DNA of 64,000 nt from Vicugna vicugna (Eukaryota). Within the stretch, counting starts at the first letter, position 1; the number at the start of each line of letters is the position of its first letter. The position numbers were made by a program, and so were the translations under genes. Under the pieces are notes generated by a model. The model saw only the letters and a list, made by a program, of their open reading frames with translations. It was not told where the DNA came from and did not search any database. Shown here one piece after another: positions 1 through 12,723 of the stretch. The stretch covers positions 682,001 through 746,000 of the forward strand of contig MU058000.1 of NCBI GenBank assembly GCA_013265495.1, read 5' to 3'.

Positions 1-3000
1 CTTCTCTGATAAAGGGCATTCCCACCAATGTCTTTGCATCAGCAATCCTCGTCCTTGGGTTTGGCCCTATTAGCTCCCTTTAGGGAAGCTGACTGCTCGG
101 ACAGCACCTTGACCAGTAAACACTAGATAAATACTTGTTGAACTGAATTCTATTGTTCATCCTTGTTAGGCAATCTTTTATTTTTTCTTGAGTTCCTTAC
201 GTTCAAGTGTTTTGAAATTTGGTGGCCAGTGCTATATTTGTTACTTCTCTGCACTTTATTTTTTCATATTGCAATTCTATCTTTTGATTCTGTTCTTTTA
301 TAGCTTTTCATTACATGTAATTATTATTTGCCTCTCTCCAGGCACACACATCATTATGGATAGCTTCTGCCTTTACGGGCCTGGAATTGCAAATTCAGAG
401 ATACATTTTTTTTTCAGTTGTTAAATGAAACAAAAGGAATAGACTCTCAATCAGATTTGCTAAGGCACAGTGGAAGAAATGTAGAAATTCCACATTCCTG
501 CTTAGTTAATACATGGGAAACCATTACTGATACACATATTTATTTTCTACATTTGTGACTGCCTTACACATCGCATTCATTTTTAATTTGTTAAATAGAT
601 AAATATGAGTCACAATATCCAAAGCAAGTTTCATTTACAAAGAACATAATTAAGAAACGGTAACTTGTAGAGAATTGGCACTTAGACATTGGTAATGTTT
701 AGAAAACATGTTTAGGACTTGGTGAGAATGCTATGATAACTTTATATAAAGAGCTGTCATGGTTTGGATGGAACTTGGTAGTGAAATGTTACGGATAATT
801 CCTTTACAAGATGATATTTTTGTAGATTTAGTTTTTTGGTCACTTTTGATTGAATTTCATGTTAAGTTGCATTCTTATCATGACGTAAACTCTAGATATG
901 CTAGAATTAACTTACCATCATCATTCATAGAAGAGTTAAAGTTACCATTCTTCACTGGAAGAATTTCTAAAAGTAGGCTAGACAGCAGTACTTCCTACTC
1001 AAATCAACTTAGTATTTTCAAGGCTTTTAAGAAGTATCAGCTCATTCTTTTTCCCACCACTAAACTTATTCTGAGACTTAAAGCAGCACTGGAATCATGA
1101 TGTCATTTCTCAAGTGTTGGCCTTACTACCTCAGACCTCCATCTTACTATGGTGACAAAATAAATACACAGGTCAGTGGCTAATGTTGAGGAAAACAAAG
1201 ACCTAGCACACCAAGATGGGCCAGGTACCCTATTAAGTGCTTTCTTCTTCCACTTACCATTCAGATGGGTAAGATGAGGCTTAACAGATCTGTCTGACTT
1301 GCAGGAACAAAACAATCAATAATCTGGACCATGGACAGCATCTATGCTACTGATTTCTTTGGGCACAGAAATGTTTTCCAGTACGAATAAGACACACTGT
1401 AGTTTAAATTCGGCTGCACATGAAGTGCTCAAGTGCTGACAGTAATCATTAGTCAACAGTGGAGGCAAAGAAAGAAAAAGTATTTAAGTGCTCCAGAAAA
1501 TAAAAGCATGCTTGCTTGCATCAGTGTAAGTATTGACAGTAAGTAAGGGTTATGTAGTCTAAGAGTCTCAGGGTCAGTATTTGTTCAACAAAGATTTATT
1601 GAGTACCTAATCATTTCCCTTTATTTCATTAATATGTATTTGTCCTATCAGCAAGGATTTAAGTTGGCAGAAACTGTTATTATCCAAGCGTGGTGCTAAG
1701 TATTGGAAACAAAGAATAAGATACATTTCTTGCCTCCATGGGTCATGTTTTTTGGGAATGTGAATTTGTAGGGAAATAAACTCTTGCTCTCATCCAGTGG
1801 GTCTGAATAGAAATTACTCTCATTTCAAATAAATATTTTACATAAAAAATGTTCTCAAGGGTTACAAGCCTGGCCAATAATGCAGGAACCAAATAGGAAA
1901 GAAAAAAAAAACTGTCCAGATTGTATATAAGTGAAATGCAAATTTTTGATAAGGAATAACTAGTACTATGTTTATAAGAGTGGCAAAGGAGGTTTAAAGA
2001 TACCCCCACCAAGCACCTCATGTTCTCTTGTTTGAAATATTATAGTTTCTTATCCTTCTTTAGTATAAAGTCACAAAGCAAGCCACTAGAGCCAAAAGAA
2101 AGCACAGCTCTTAATATCATGGGACATCTAATTTATGTTCTAATAGTAATACTATGTATTGGTAAAATGAATACACTTTTAACAGGTTTGCATTTTTGAT
2201 AACACAGACAGGGATTATTTGTGGCCACACACATACACACACAAAATCCAGGTCCAGGGTGGCAAACTTAGAATCTGCACATCAAAATGTATTTGCCAAC
2301 CGTGTTTTCTATGTAGGCTATTAACAAAACTACATAGAAACTACATCTAAAAATATATAGTATTTCCCAAACCCCTAAATGTTACCTATAATCAGTTTTT
2401 AAAAAACAGTAGAGGAAAAGCAAAACTGATGAAATCAAGGTAGTAGGTTTTTAAAAATTAATGATAATTTGATTGCTGAATGTAGGTAGCATGGGAAAGG
2501 TTTTCCCAACCCTTGGTTTAAAAAACAATGTCCAGGTGAAAACACAAAGGCAGTGAGAATTAACCACTGGGGAAAAAAGGTCCAACAGGCAATGCTTACA
2601 TTGTGATGCTAGCAAGTGAGGCAGGGATCTCGAGAGGGTGCCTGGGTGCTCACACTGCATACGGAAGGTGCCAGGATGACCTTCACCTTGGCATCTCTTC
2701 AGCCCATGTCGGTGTTTCTGTGAGGAATCGTGTACGCTTTTAGCACAACAGGGAAGGGCTCTGTCTTGGAGACCTCACTTGACAAGGACCCCTAGGGAAC
2801 CCCACTGTACTTCAGAGAGCCAGGAAAAATGCTTATCAAATTAAAAACAACTAGAATAGAGAATCCTATTACTCTTGAGACTAAACCTATGAGGAGAAGG
2901 GATCTTAATAGTTGTCTAGCCCAAGTCCAATCTAAGAGTCCCTTTTTCATAGCATTTGGGGTAGATGGGTTATTTTAGCTTTTGGGCATTTGCAGCAACT

Positions 3001-5076
3001 GGAAATTTTACTATTTGAGTCCATTCTTTAGAACAGCTCTTACTAGAAAATTCATTCTTATATTGAAGTAAACATCTGTCATCCATAAAATTCCTCTTTT
3101 TGCCCTTTGAAGCTACACTGAGTAAGTCCAGTTCCTCTCCCTTCTTATAGCTCAACAGAGATTTCAAGGCAGCTATTATATTGTTTCCTCTTTTTCTGCA
3201 CTCCCTTTCCAGCTCTGCCTTCTGTTCTTCAGGGGAACCAGTCCCCTGTTCCTTGTATAATCAGACTCTTCAAACCCTGGCCACCTGACTCTGGACACAG
3301 TTTATTAATCTCTTAAAATATGGTACCCAGAATTGAACCCAACCCTCTATCCAGATGTGGACTGATTAGTGCAGCATGCAGGGCTCCTTGGGCTTCTGTT
3401 ACCACAGGTTGAATGCATTAGTTTTGTGAATACCCATGATATACTTCTGATTCAAGATGGAACTCAGATTTCCCTAAGAAAACACTTCTACAAAAACTGT
3501 GAAATCAGGACTTTGCAACATCCTTCACACCAACACACACATCCATACACACATAGGTACACCACTCTGTACTTAGGGGCTGCATTTAAGAAACTCAGGA
3601 TATAGAGTTTCTCATTAATGCTTATTCAATTTCATCCTTTTAGTTTCAGTCTCATGCTCAGGTATCTCAAAAAATTGTAATGGTTTCTATATCCTAGTGT
3701 CAACACATAGAATGCAACGAATATTCACTGAATGAATTAACCCTGAATCTGCCAGTCAGCAGACTAGATATGTCTATTTCTGTGTCATCTGATCAGCATG
3801 CTTTCTGTTCCCATTACTCTGTTCTTCATGGGAGAAATAGGAAAGCAGATAAAAGCTGCCTTTAAATTGTTGAGCTGGTATCCCCGTTGGGACAGCCGAT
3901 GTGGTTCCTTGCATGCTAAGAAAACACAAGGTACAAATAAGAAGCAGATTTACAGACTGTGAGCAGGAACAGATGAAGAGAAAGAATAGGGAGTGTCCTC
4001 AATTCTTGGAATCAGGACTTAGTTCCCAACGTTAGGAAAAATATCCCCCCCCACCCTGAAGTCTTTTGCCTTTTAGATCTAGTATAATACTGTGATTATC
4101 AAACTCTGAAAAGCTCATACAAGCTTAGTTTTGAAACAGCTTTTAAAATGACCTTTTCAACTTATATTTCCTGTATATTTGAGTTAAAGAGACATGCAGC
4201 TGTCTGTTGGCTATGAGGTATACAGAGAGCTCCCAAATGCCCCTGACAAATGTAGCCATTTGTTTCAGGAATCAGAAATGGCCTACATTTTTCAGTGTGA
4301 ATTTAGAAATTGACTGAGATTGAAGCTGTCTCCTGAATTGAATATGATCTTACAATGAATGTCCCTTTTCCCCCAAATGAAGAAAAATAAGCTCAGTTTT
4401 TCTTTCCCTTCAGCAGCCACTCTTTGCAGAATGTGGGGCTAACCACAGAATTTATAAGTGTCCTATTGAGCCTTTTTTCCATTGTCTATTGTGACTCAGA
4501 AAAAAAAAGTGTTTCAATCAAAACAATCTAGAACCAGGAGGGAAACAACTCAAAAACTTCGGTTGCATAGTGTTAACACTTGAAGAGTGGAGAAAGGCCT
4601 AGCAGACCCAAAGAGGAGACCAACTCTGTGCCTCTTCTCAGCGTTTTCTAGAGGGAGTGGCAGAGATGGGGTCTTAGTTAATTAAGTTCTCAGGACTGTT
4701 TTCCAGAAACTGATGTTAAGTGACAGGTGAACATCAGAGGGATGTCCCCACACTGATGTGGGAGTTTCTTTTCCTGATTTTATCAGTCACAACAAACCAC
4801 ACCCAAGTGCTGTGAGACAAATGGAGTGGAGCAGAGGCTTAATTACACTGTAAGCCCCCAGAGTCAGGTGACCCAGGTGCTTCGGGCATGATGAGAGCCT
4901 CTCCAAAGGAACCACCTTAGGGTATCCTGTTAAAATACAGGTAACTACAAACAGGAAGGTCCACCGTGCTGTTCCCAGTATGGAGTAGCCATGGTAGGTA
5001 CTGACTTGAGCTTCAGCTATTCAAGAGGACATCCTATCGTGACTCTTGGGTCGGGCCCCCCTGCAGGAGGGCTTTG
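1..5076 (-). other. STON2: Putative long STON2 3'UTR and downstream region; true end not determinable
   Basis: Lies downstream of the stop codon. Candidate minus-strand AATAAA signals at 1595-1600, 539-544, 255-260 and 177-182. Confidence 0.55.
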
Positions 5077-5160
5077 TCACTGGACCCCACACTCCTTGGG
5101 ATTTTCCATTTCATCTCCTTCAAAGTCTGGCTTCAAACTGTGTTTTTGCTCAATTTCCAC
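5077..5160 (-). CDS. STON2: STON2 terminal coding exon: VEIEQKHSLKPDFEGDEMENPKECGVQ*
   Basis: Acceptor ctattcttgacag| at 5161-5162, phase 0, TGA at 5079-5077. Too short for the ORF track, so translated by hand; matches the stonin-2 C-terminus as I recall it. Confidence 0.93.
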   Translation of the reverse strand: MEIEQKHSLKPDFEGDEMENPKECGVQ

Positions 5161-6554
5161 CTGTCAAGAATAGAAGTCGGAGAGAAATATCAGAAAAACA
5201 TCCCAACAAATCAGTAAACTGAAAGAGACTACCTCACTGGGTTCTTGGAGATTCCCTGTAATTTGGTTAATGTTTCGGGCTTTAGCCACATGAAGCTAGG
5301 GCCCTGGTACATTATGGCTCTGTCTTTGTACATGCCCTTTGCGTAGTCTGGAATCCCCTCTCCCCCTCAGTCCACCTGGAAAATTCTTATTCTTGGCCTT
5401 TCACAGTTGCTTAAACGTCACCTCTTCTGTGAAGCTATTCTTGACTCATCAGGTGGAGTTAGGTGCCCCCCTGTGCCCTGTATTCCCACCTGGCTCCTCT
5501 ACACCAGGCCCTGCAGGGCGGGGCACGCCCTGGTTAACTGCTGCACCCCAGTGAAAGGCACACAACAGGCAAGCACAAAGGTTTAGCAAATAAAAAGGAT
5601 TTCTTTGAAATTGGCTGTTGACACTCTCTATTACCTTATTTCTTTAAAAAGTCTCCCAACAGATAAGTATTGTGCTGTGTACAGTTCTACCTGCATCCTC
5701 TGCCAAATGCTATAGCTTAACAATAAAAGGATTAATAAATTAATCTTGCCTTGAATGGGACGCACCTCACCTGAAGCTTTCGATAAATCAGGCAGGGAGT
5801 CCTTTGAGCTAGGCAGTTTCATAAGGAAAGCTGCTCCTCTCAGTACCACTTTGGGTTTTTATGATGAGGGGAACAATTCACGACAAAACAGGGTCAAGTC
5901 TGAGGAAGGTGCTGTGGTTTTTTTTTTTTTTCTGGCCACAAGATGGAGTATTTGTTCTTTTGGGTGGTTTAATGTTTTAGATCACCCAACTAAGGAAATA
6001 TTTAAAGAACAATAAATAACCGTATAATTCTAAGGGTATTATTATGAGTAGAAAATTACTAAACCACTTGGCCAAACCCTTCTTCAGTAAACCCCCATTT
6101 TCCATCTTTGGCATTTAATCTTCTCCTGTTGAATTTCTAACTCCTCAGGATATAATCACTATTTATGTCAGAACTTTGCAACTTCACTTCCTCCTTCACA
6201 GCCCTGATCCCATTACTGTTAGAGAAACTTGCTTGGCTTTTGAGTTTTGTCCTGTTACAGCCCAGTGACCAGGTCATATGTGTCTTAACTTCACTCAGAT
6301 CCATTTCATCAGTGCCTGTGGCAGTATATACTTTGGTTTAGCACTTTCCTGACCTTCCCTCCACTCCCCTGCAACGTGAATTATACGATGAATGAGTAAA
6401 ATAATCCTTTCCCCCCACTACTCTTTTGTTGTTGTTGTTCATGATGACTGAAAGCCATTATATTCTCTTCTTCCATCAGACTCTATTATTTTTCCAGCCT
6501 TTCTCCTGCCCACTAGTGAGATCATTTGTTTAACTCAGAGCAGATTCATCACAG

Positions 6555-6695
6555 CTATGCATGGCGAACTGCCTCTGAGGAGGTGCGAGAAGACCTTGCA
6601 CCCTGGGCAGGCACTGCTGAAAGGAATGAGAGGGGGGAGGGTACGGGGTGAACAAACAGACTTGAAAGCATCAGCCAGCTGCCTCCAGAGGCTAC
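6555..6695 (-). CDS. STON2: Alternative STON2 C-terminus by read-through of the last donor (VASGGSWLMLSSLFVHPVPSPLSFLSAVPAQGARSSRTSSEAVRHA*)
   Basis: The frame stays open past the weak donor to a stop at 6557-6555 (ORF 6555..6842). It resembles the recalled human alternative tail VALGSIWLML..FVHP. Confidence 0.5.
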   Translation of the reverse strand, partial: VASGGSWLMLSSLFVHPVPSPLSFLSAVPAQGARSSRTSSEAVRHA

Positions 6696-6898
6696 CTTGT
6701 AGCTGTAGTGTGCGGAATAATTGACCCACTTCCTGACATCGGTCTTGTCTTCCACAGAGATGGATCTTACGGCAGCTTTGGAGGCAGAAGTCGTAGGCAT
6801 GCTGAACTCGACATTCACGTGATTGGCAAATCTGGAAGGCACTTCCCGGTCAGAGCCAAGTTCAAGGTGGCAGAAGAAACAGTGTGGGTGACCAGAGG
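6696..6898 (-). CDS. STON2: STON2 penultimate coding exon (203 nt), end of the mu-homology domain (ASGHPHCFFCHLELGSDREVPSRF...WVNYSAHYSYK)
   Basis: Acceptor ctacctttctttcatag| and donor AAG|gtagcc. Phase 1 in and phase 0 out, continuous with both neighbouring exons. Confidence 0.96.
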
Positions 6899-7328
6899 CT
6901 ATGAAAGAAAGGTAGAGAATCAGGAATTCGGGTTCTTTGCGGGGAAGGTGGGGAAAAAAGCCTCAATAAGGGAGAGCCTCCAAATAAGAGAGGCCTGGCA
7001 GTCTTTAAGAGGGTCCAGTGCTGAGCAGAGGATTTGCTGCAGCAGCAGTCACACTGCATGTGCCTCAGACCCTTTGATATCACGCTGTCTGATGACAGTA
7101 GCCTGGTATCCTAGCAGTAAAACCCATGGCCTGGGAAACAGGTCCTTCTGCCTGCTCAGGTCAGAGTGCTGTGTGAACACAACACAGATACTAAGAAATG
7201 GAGGTTGTAGATTGACAAAAGGAATAAAAGGGATCAGTACTTATTAGCACCTAATAAAACGTCAAAGACAGCCACCTGGAATAGTCATCCATTTCCTTTG
7301 AAAGATGAACTGAAGGAAGGAATTGAAA

Positions 7329-7470
7329 AAAAAAATTTTTTTTAATCTTTTTTAGGAGGGGGGCAATTGGGTTTGTTTGTTTGTTTATTTTAATGAAGGT
7401 ACCGGGAATTGAACCCAGGACCTTGTGCCTGTTAAGCATGCACTCTACCGCTGAGCTATACCCTCCCCCC
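7329..7470 (-). mobile_element. tRNA-derived SINE (camelid vic-1-like)
   Basis: Minus strand reads GGGGGAGGGTATAGCTCAGCGGTAGAG...GGGTTCAATTCCC (Pol III A and B boxes), then an A-rich tail. TSD aggaattgaaa at 7318-7328 and 7471-7481. Confidence 0.9.
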
Positions 7471-7934
7471 AGGAATTGAAATTTCTTAATAGAATGTCAT
7501 ACTTTTTTTAGAAACATGCTTTTTGGGCGAATGGCATATGCAAATGGCAAAGCCCTTGGACTAAACAGCGCCTGTGCATGAGGGAGCACAGGGACCGCCG
7601 GAGAGAACACGGGAAATAGGACACCTGGGCTCGAGCTGCAGCTCTCCTCAGTGGCACAGAGCCCAGCCACCCAAGTCCTTTGTTCTCTCCAGGCCTCAGG
7701 TCCTCATCTGAGAAGCGGGGAGCTGGGGGTGGTAGGAAAGGGTGGGCTGGACAGTGCCAGGTGTCGTCCTTTACTGCTACTTGACTCCATAAACCTGTGG
7801 CTGGTTCTACTATATCCCACAGGCAAATGTACGGTGTGATCTTCCTTTGAGTATTTTTACTAGATTACCCAATCAGAGCTTAGTTCTGTGACTGTCACTG
7901 TTGAAGCCGCATCTTCATCACTCATCAGATACAG

Positions 7935-8160
7935 CAGGAAGCGTTTGTTGAGAACTCTGTGCCAAGGACTGTGCTCAATGCTTATGCAGATTCTCTCACT
8001 GCATCTTCACTCCAGTCCCTTGAGGTCCTAATTATTAACATCCTACAGATGAGGAAACGAAGGCTTCAGGAGGTAAGGTGAACTTGCCCAAGATAAGAGC
8101 TAGAAAGTGGCAGCCCTAAGAACTGGACCCAGCAGTCTGACCTCCCTCATGTTCTTAACT
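7935..8160 (-). mobile_element. MIR SINE
   Basis: Core cagatgaggaaac.gaggct..ggaggt...aacttgcccaag. Confidence 0.75.
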
Positions 8161-8649
8161 GATTTATCTGAGTCATAACCTCACAGTCCTCAGACCTTAA
8201 GGTTTGCAGTGTGACAGGGGTGGAGAGAAAGGCAGCTGTAAGAACCCCCATAAAGCAACTCAATATGGAGTCAACTCAACGTGACATGGCTCTGACTTCA
8301 TTATGTAACTGCAACAGCCCTTAGTTATCTGACTTTCCCCGAATAAACAATTCCCATTTCCTTTATTGGTCTGGGCAGGACTTTTTAATCTCAGAGAGTG
8401 AGGACATACACACCCGCTCTCCAAGGAAAACATTACAGAGTAAAGTATTTGTTTTGCTCTGTTTCATAAATGTAACATATTTCAGTGGTTCTTTCTAAAG
8501 TATAATACTTCGGTGAATTAATTGAAAAAATTGCAGTGATTTTAGAAAGGAATTTAAGTTAGATACATGTAATAGTAAAAATTACACTGTTTGAAAATGA
8601 ACCCATTCAGTTTGTTTTTTTAATTGTGTACCACAGATATAATTATATA

Positions 8650-8860
8650 GCCATCACTTACTGAACATTTATTATAGGCCAGAGATGGTGCTAAATACTT
8701 AAAAGCATTATCTAATTTCATTCTTAATGAGCTAGGTATTAATAATCCTATTTTATAAAAGAGGAAACAGATTTCTCTGAGAGGTTTAAGTAAATTGCCT
8801 GAGGTCACACAGCCATTAAATTATAGTATTGGGAATAAAAGTCATCTCACTGGCTCCAAA
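8650..8860 (-). mobile_element. MIR SINE
   Basis: cctattttata..gaggaaac...gagaggtttaagtaaattgcctgaggtcacacagc. Confidence 0.75.
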
Positions 8861-9251
8861 TTATGACTAGACTCCTCTCAATATATTGCTATAGATTTAG
8901 ATCACTACAAAGTATATAGAGGAGTTTGTTAATTTAATTCAGTAGCAACCTGAAAATTTTTTATCTAATTACCTTTTTTTCACACATTGTTGGAATATTG
9001 AGAAACCATTATTTTCCACAGAACTGACCTCCCTCCTTTTCTCACTCCACCAAAGCGTATTCTGTGAAATTCTTTCTTGAATCCAAGCATCAGTAATGCA
9101 TGTGTAGAGCTGGTGGACAGACAGGGAAATGCAGTTTTTGAAACCTAGTATAGTTTAATTCATGGTAGCAAACTAATGAGCCCATGCATTGTGTCATCTT
9201 CCTTGATAAAACTGAGAAAATTTAACATTAAAATTCAGATTTCTCTTCGAG

Positions 9252-9516
9252 TTAGAATTTTCTCCAGATATATGCCCAGGAATGGGATTGCTGGATCATA
9301 TAGTAACTAAAATAGATAAACAACAAGGAAAGACCTACTGTATAGCACAGGGAGCTGTCATCAATATCTTGTAATAACCTGTAACAGAAAAGTATCTGAA
9401 AAAGAATAGATAAAGAGATACATATATATATAGGTATATATATGTATATAACTGAATCACTTTGCTGTACACCTGAAACATTGTAAATCAACTATACTTC
9501 AATAAAGAAAGAAAAA
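9252..9516 (+). mobile_element. Older artiodactyl-type L1 3' end with an inverted 5' segment
   Basis: 9252-9306 is reverse-oriented L1 ORF2 sequence (atatgatccagcaatcccattcctgggcatatat). 9307-9516 is a forward L1 3'UTR (ctgtatagcacaggga...ctgtacacctgaaac...aataaa). tcagatttct occurs on both flanks. Confidence 0.75.
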
Positions 9517-12500
9517 TTAACTCAGATTTCTGTTTTCCGTAAGAGGGGAATCATACTGGAATTGTTTTCTCTTCACCTGGTCTAATGAGAACTGGAATTC
9601 CAGCAAAGAAAGCTACCTATGCAGGATAGAATGTTTTGTTTCCAGGGAGGACTTGTTCTGGTGCCTTCTAGGATTAAGGAAAGCTGTTGGGATTAGGGTG
9701 GGAGGGGTCCTGGGAGAGCACAGACAGAGGGCCCTGCTGGCAGGAGCCATGTTGGAATCCAGTGGCGGTTTGTTAGTCTTTCGGTGGTTTGACTGGGATC
9801 AGCCTGCTGTGGCTGCAGGATTGAGATGCTGGCCAAGCCGAGGGTGCTGACCTGCTGGCCCAGGCTGCCCCGCGGTCTGACCGTCCAGCCTGCTGGGGGC
9901 TAGGGTTGTAGGGCCACTGCAGGCGGGAGTAGATGTGCAGTCCTCTTTCACTGTAAATGGAGATGTGAGGGTTATGAAAACTAGCCTGTAAAAGGCACCC
10001 TCCCTAATCTGTCTCAAGACCAAGACAGAAGAGCTCAGAGGAGGAGCAATTAATAACAGATCATCGTCAATTCTCTGGTTTCATGGATGGAGCACTGGAT
10101 GGGGAGGGCGGGGACTGGGCACAGAGAAGACCAGCAATGGTAAGAATCTGCAGTCTGCCTGGAATTCGGATCCTGTACATCTTGGGTTTCCAGAAAAACG
10201 TACTATTAATTTCCTGAACCGATACAGAAATACATACCATTGGCCAGAAGTAGAATAAGCAGCTCTTTTGAGGGGTTTCACTTCCAAAAATACGTAACCA
10301 TGACAGCAAAAACAGTAATGGGTCGGGGGGAGGATTAATTGAGAACCATCCCCAGATATCCTTATGCCATCCTGTATTTGAAAAATCGTTCACAAATAAG
10401 GTTCCAGTAATCTGGAAATACGTATGTATTTAAGCTTCATTTACTTGGCCTTAAGCCTCCTGAACACTGCCCCGCTGAGAAGCAGTGCAGAAAGTGATTG
10501 CTGAGGACTTGTTATTCATTCCCTGCCCTGCAACCATTCCCCCTTTCTTCTGTTAAAAATCTTACTTGTATTTTTTTCCTTGGAGAAAGAATCTTCCCCA
10601 GCACTGCATGACATCTTGGTGGTCATGTCGGTCAAATGCCCGTCCTCGCTTCGGCTCTTAAGCCAGGTGGCACAAGGACAGAAAATGGCTCATGATGATT
10701 TGTCCCAGTGGCTGCATCCTGAGGAGACGTCCCCAGTTCCTGCTGTCAAGAGCGAGACTTTCTGAAGCCTGCTTGTACCTTCAGTTCTCAGAGCTACCTA
10801 CATCTTTCCAACAATTTATTTTCTTATTTGTGCTGAAAGAAGCCAGTCAGTCTTTGCTGCTTATAATCAAAAACCCCTCCTATGGTACTTTGAAATATTT
10901 GAGAGAAAGAACTTTGAAACACATGAGGTCTGTGTGTACACCCTGAGAAAACTGCAGATCTCTGCTCTTATACTGGGAACAACTTCAAGTTTGTGTCTGT
11001 TTTGTGTCATCTACTAAGAAGCAGCTGTGCAATTGAGGAAAAAGACCCCTGGATGTGACTTCAGACAAGTCATGTCACTCCCAGTCCTTAATTTTCTCAT
11101 GCGTGGAATGAAGAGTGACTAAGCTATCCCCAAGGTCCTTTCCAGCTTAAAAACACAGTTATTCCATAACAGAGTGATCTGAATCCGTGCTTAGAAAATT
11201 GAAGAGCTAAAAATTCTAATAAGCAAACCTGAGGCCTTGTCTTTTCTGATGTCAAGTCTCTACCAGGTTAAATGGTAATTTTCTCCCAGTCACCTCAGTC
11301 CTCTTCTCAAGGGCATCTGTGCCAAAGGACAACTGAGAGTTTCTCCTTTCTGCCATCAGTTCCAATGGGCCCCGGGGCGGAGGCAGAACTCACCATGCTA
11401 TCACCAGGAGGACACAGTGCTGACTGCAGGGACACGAATAAGCAAGCACAGAGAGGAGACTTTGTCTTAAAAATTCTGTCTGTTTAGAAACGGGGGGAGG
11501 CAAACCCAGCCTCAAACACAGAGGTCCAATTGTCTCTCCAGTCTGCACCGCTACACCCCGTGTCTGACACAGCAAGCCCTGCTGTATGTCCACTGCCTGG
11601 CCTACCCGGAGAGCTGCCCGGATCGTACTGCCTCTGGCCGTCTCCTCGTGTTGCACGTCGGGTAACACGGCCACTCCATGCTCAGAGCAGGACATGAAGA
11701 CTCTAAACATACTGTTAGGACTTAACAGAGTGGAAAGGAAAGTATCTACATACGAGAAAGACATTTCAATCGAGCGCTTTTCGAAACCTAATTTTTTTTG
11801 GCTGGTCAGGATATCCACTTTTGTTCATAGATGGGCAAAGTGTATTATAAACAAGAAGGGAAGTGGTTTAAGGGATCATAGGATCCTGGGCTTATTGCAT
11901 GCCCTTGGGCTCACCCAGACTTACCCTAAGAAATAAAATTGTTAGAGCTGGCTTGATTACGCCCTCGTTTTGTCATTTCCCCAAATCTCAGCGGACCCAT
12001 GGGGAATGTCACTGCCTTCTGGGCTCACACATGCACACGAGCACCCCTGACAGCTGTGAGCAGGCCAGCTGTGGCTGATAAACTGTCTCTTTTGTTTAAA
12101 TTAAACATTCCTTCCCTTTTTACCTAATAGGATTTCAGCCCTCTTGGACCTTCATGTCCTGAATGGATCATCAGTCTGATCCGAGGGCCCTTCCCCATCC
12201 CCAGATCCCAGCTCTGAGCTTGGGAGGTTGTGACTGACAGGCCTTGCCCAGGGTGTCTGGAACCATAAACCTAACTCCTCACCTGTACTACACACGTGAT
12301 TGGCCATAAACTGGCCCTTTTACCTATACTCAGGGCACAGTTAGAAAGACAAAACCCAGAAACCTTCTAGGATCCGGGAAAGGATTCCAACACCAGATAA
12401 TACTTTAACGAGTCAGAAAATAATACAAATTCGTAAGCTGCCCTGGAAATCTGCATAGTAGCTCAGCCGAGAAGAAGAATGCGTTGTTTTATGGAAGAAG

Positions 12501-12723
12501 TGTGATGATAAGGGAGTAAAAAGATGGAGTGAACTGGGTCATGCATATTTGTTACTTACTCTGCCTATTATCTTTGCTTTTCTGGTCCCCCTGGTCCCCA
12601 CCCTCCCCATCACCATTGCTGACACAACAAACACCAGCATTTCATGGGAGAACAGAATGTGGAAATTTGATCCCAGCTCTTTGGCCACCAGGCGGCTGTT
12701 TCACAGTAGAGAAATCTACCCAC

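Noticed and set aside
759..1100. 113-aa plus-strand ORF
   Set aside because: AT-rich, antisense to the putative 3'UTR, and resembles no protein family I recognise.
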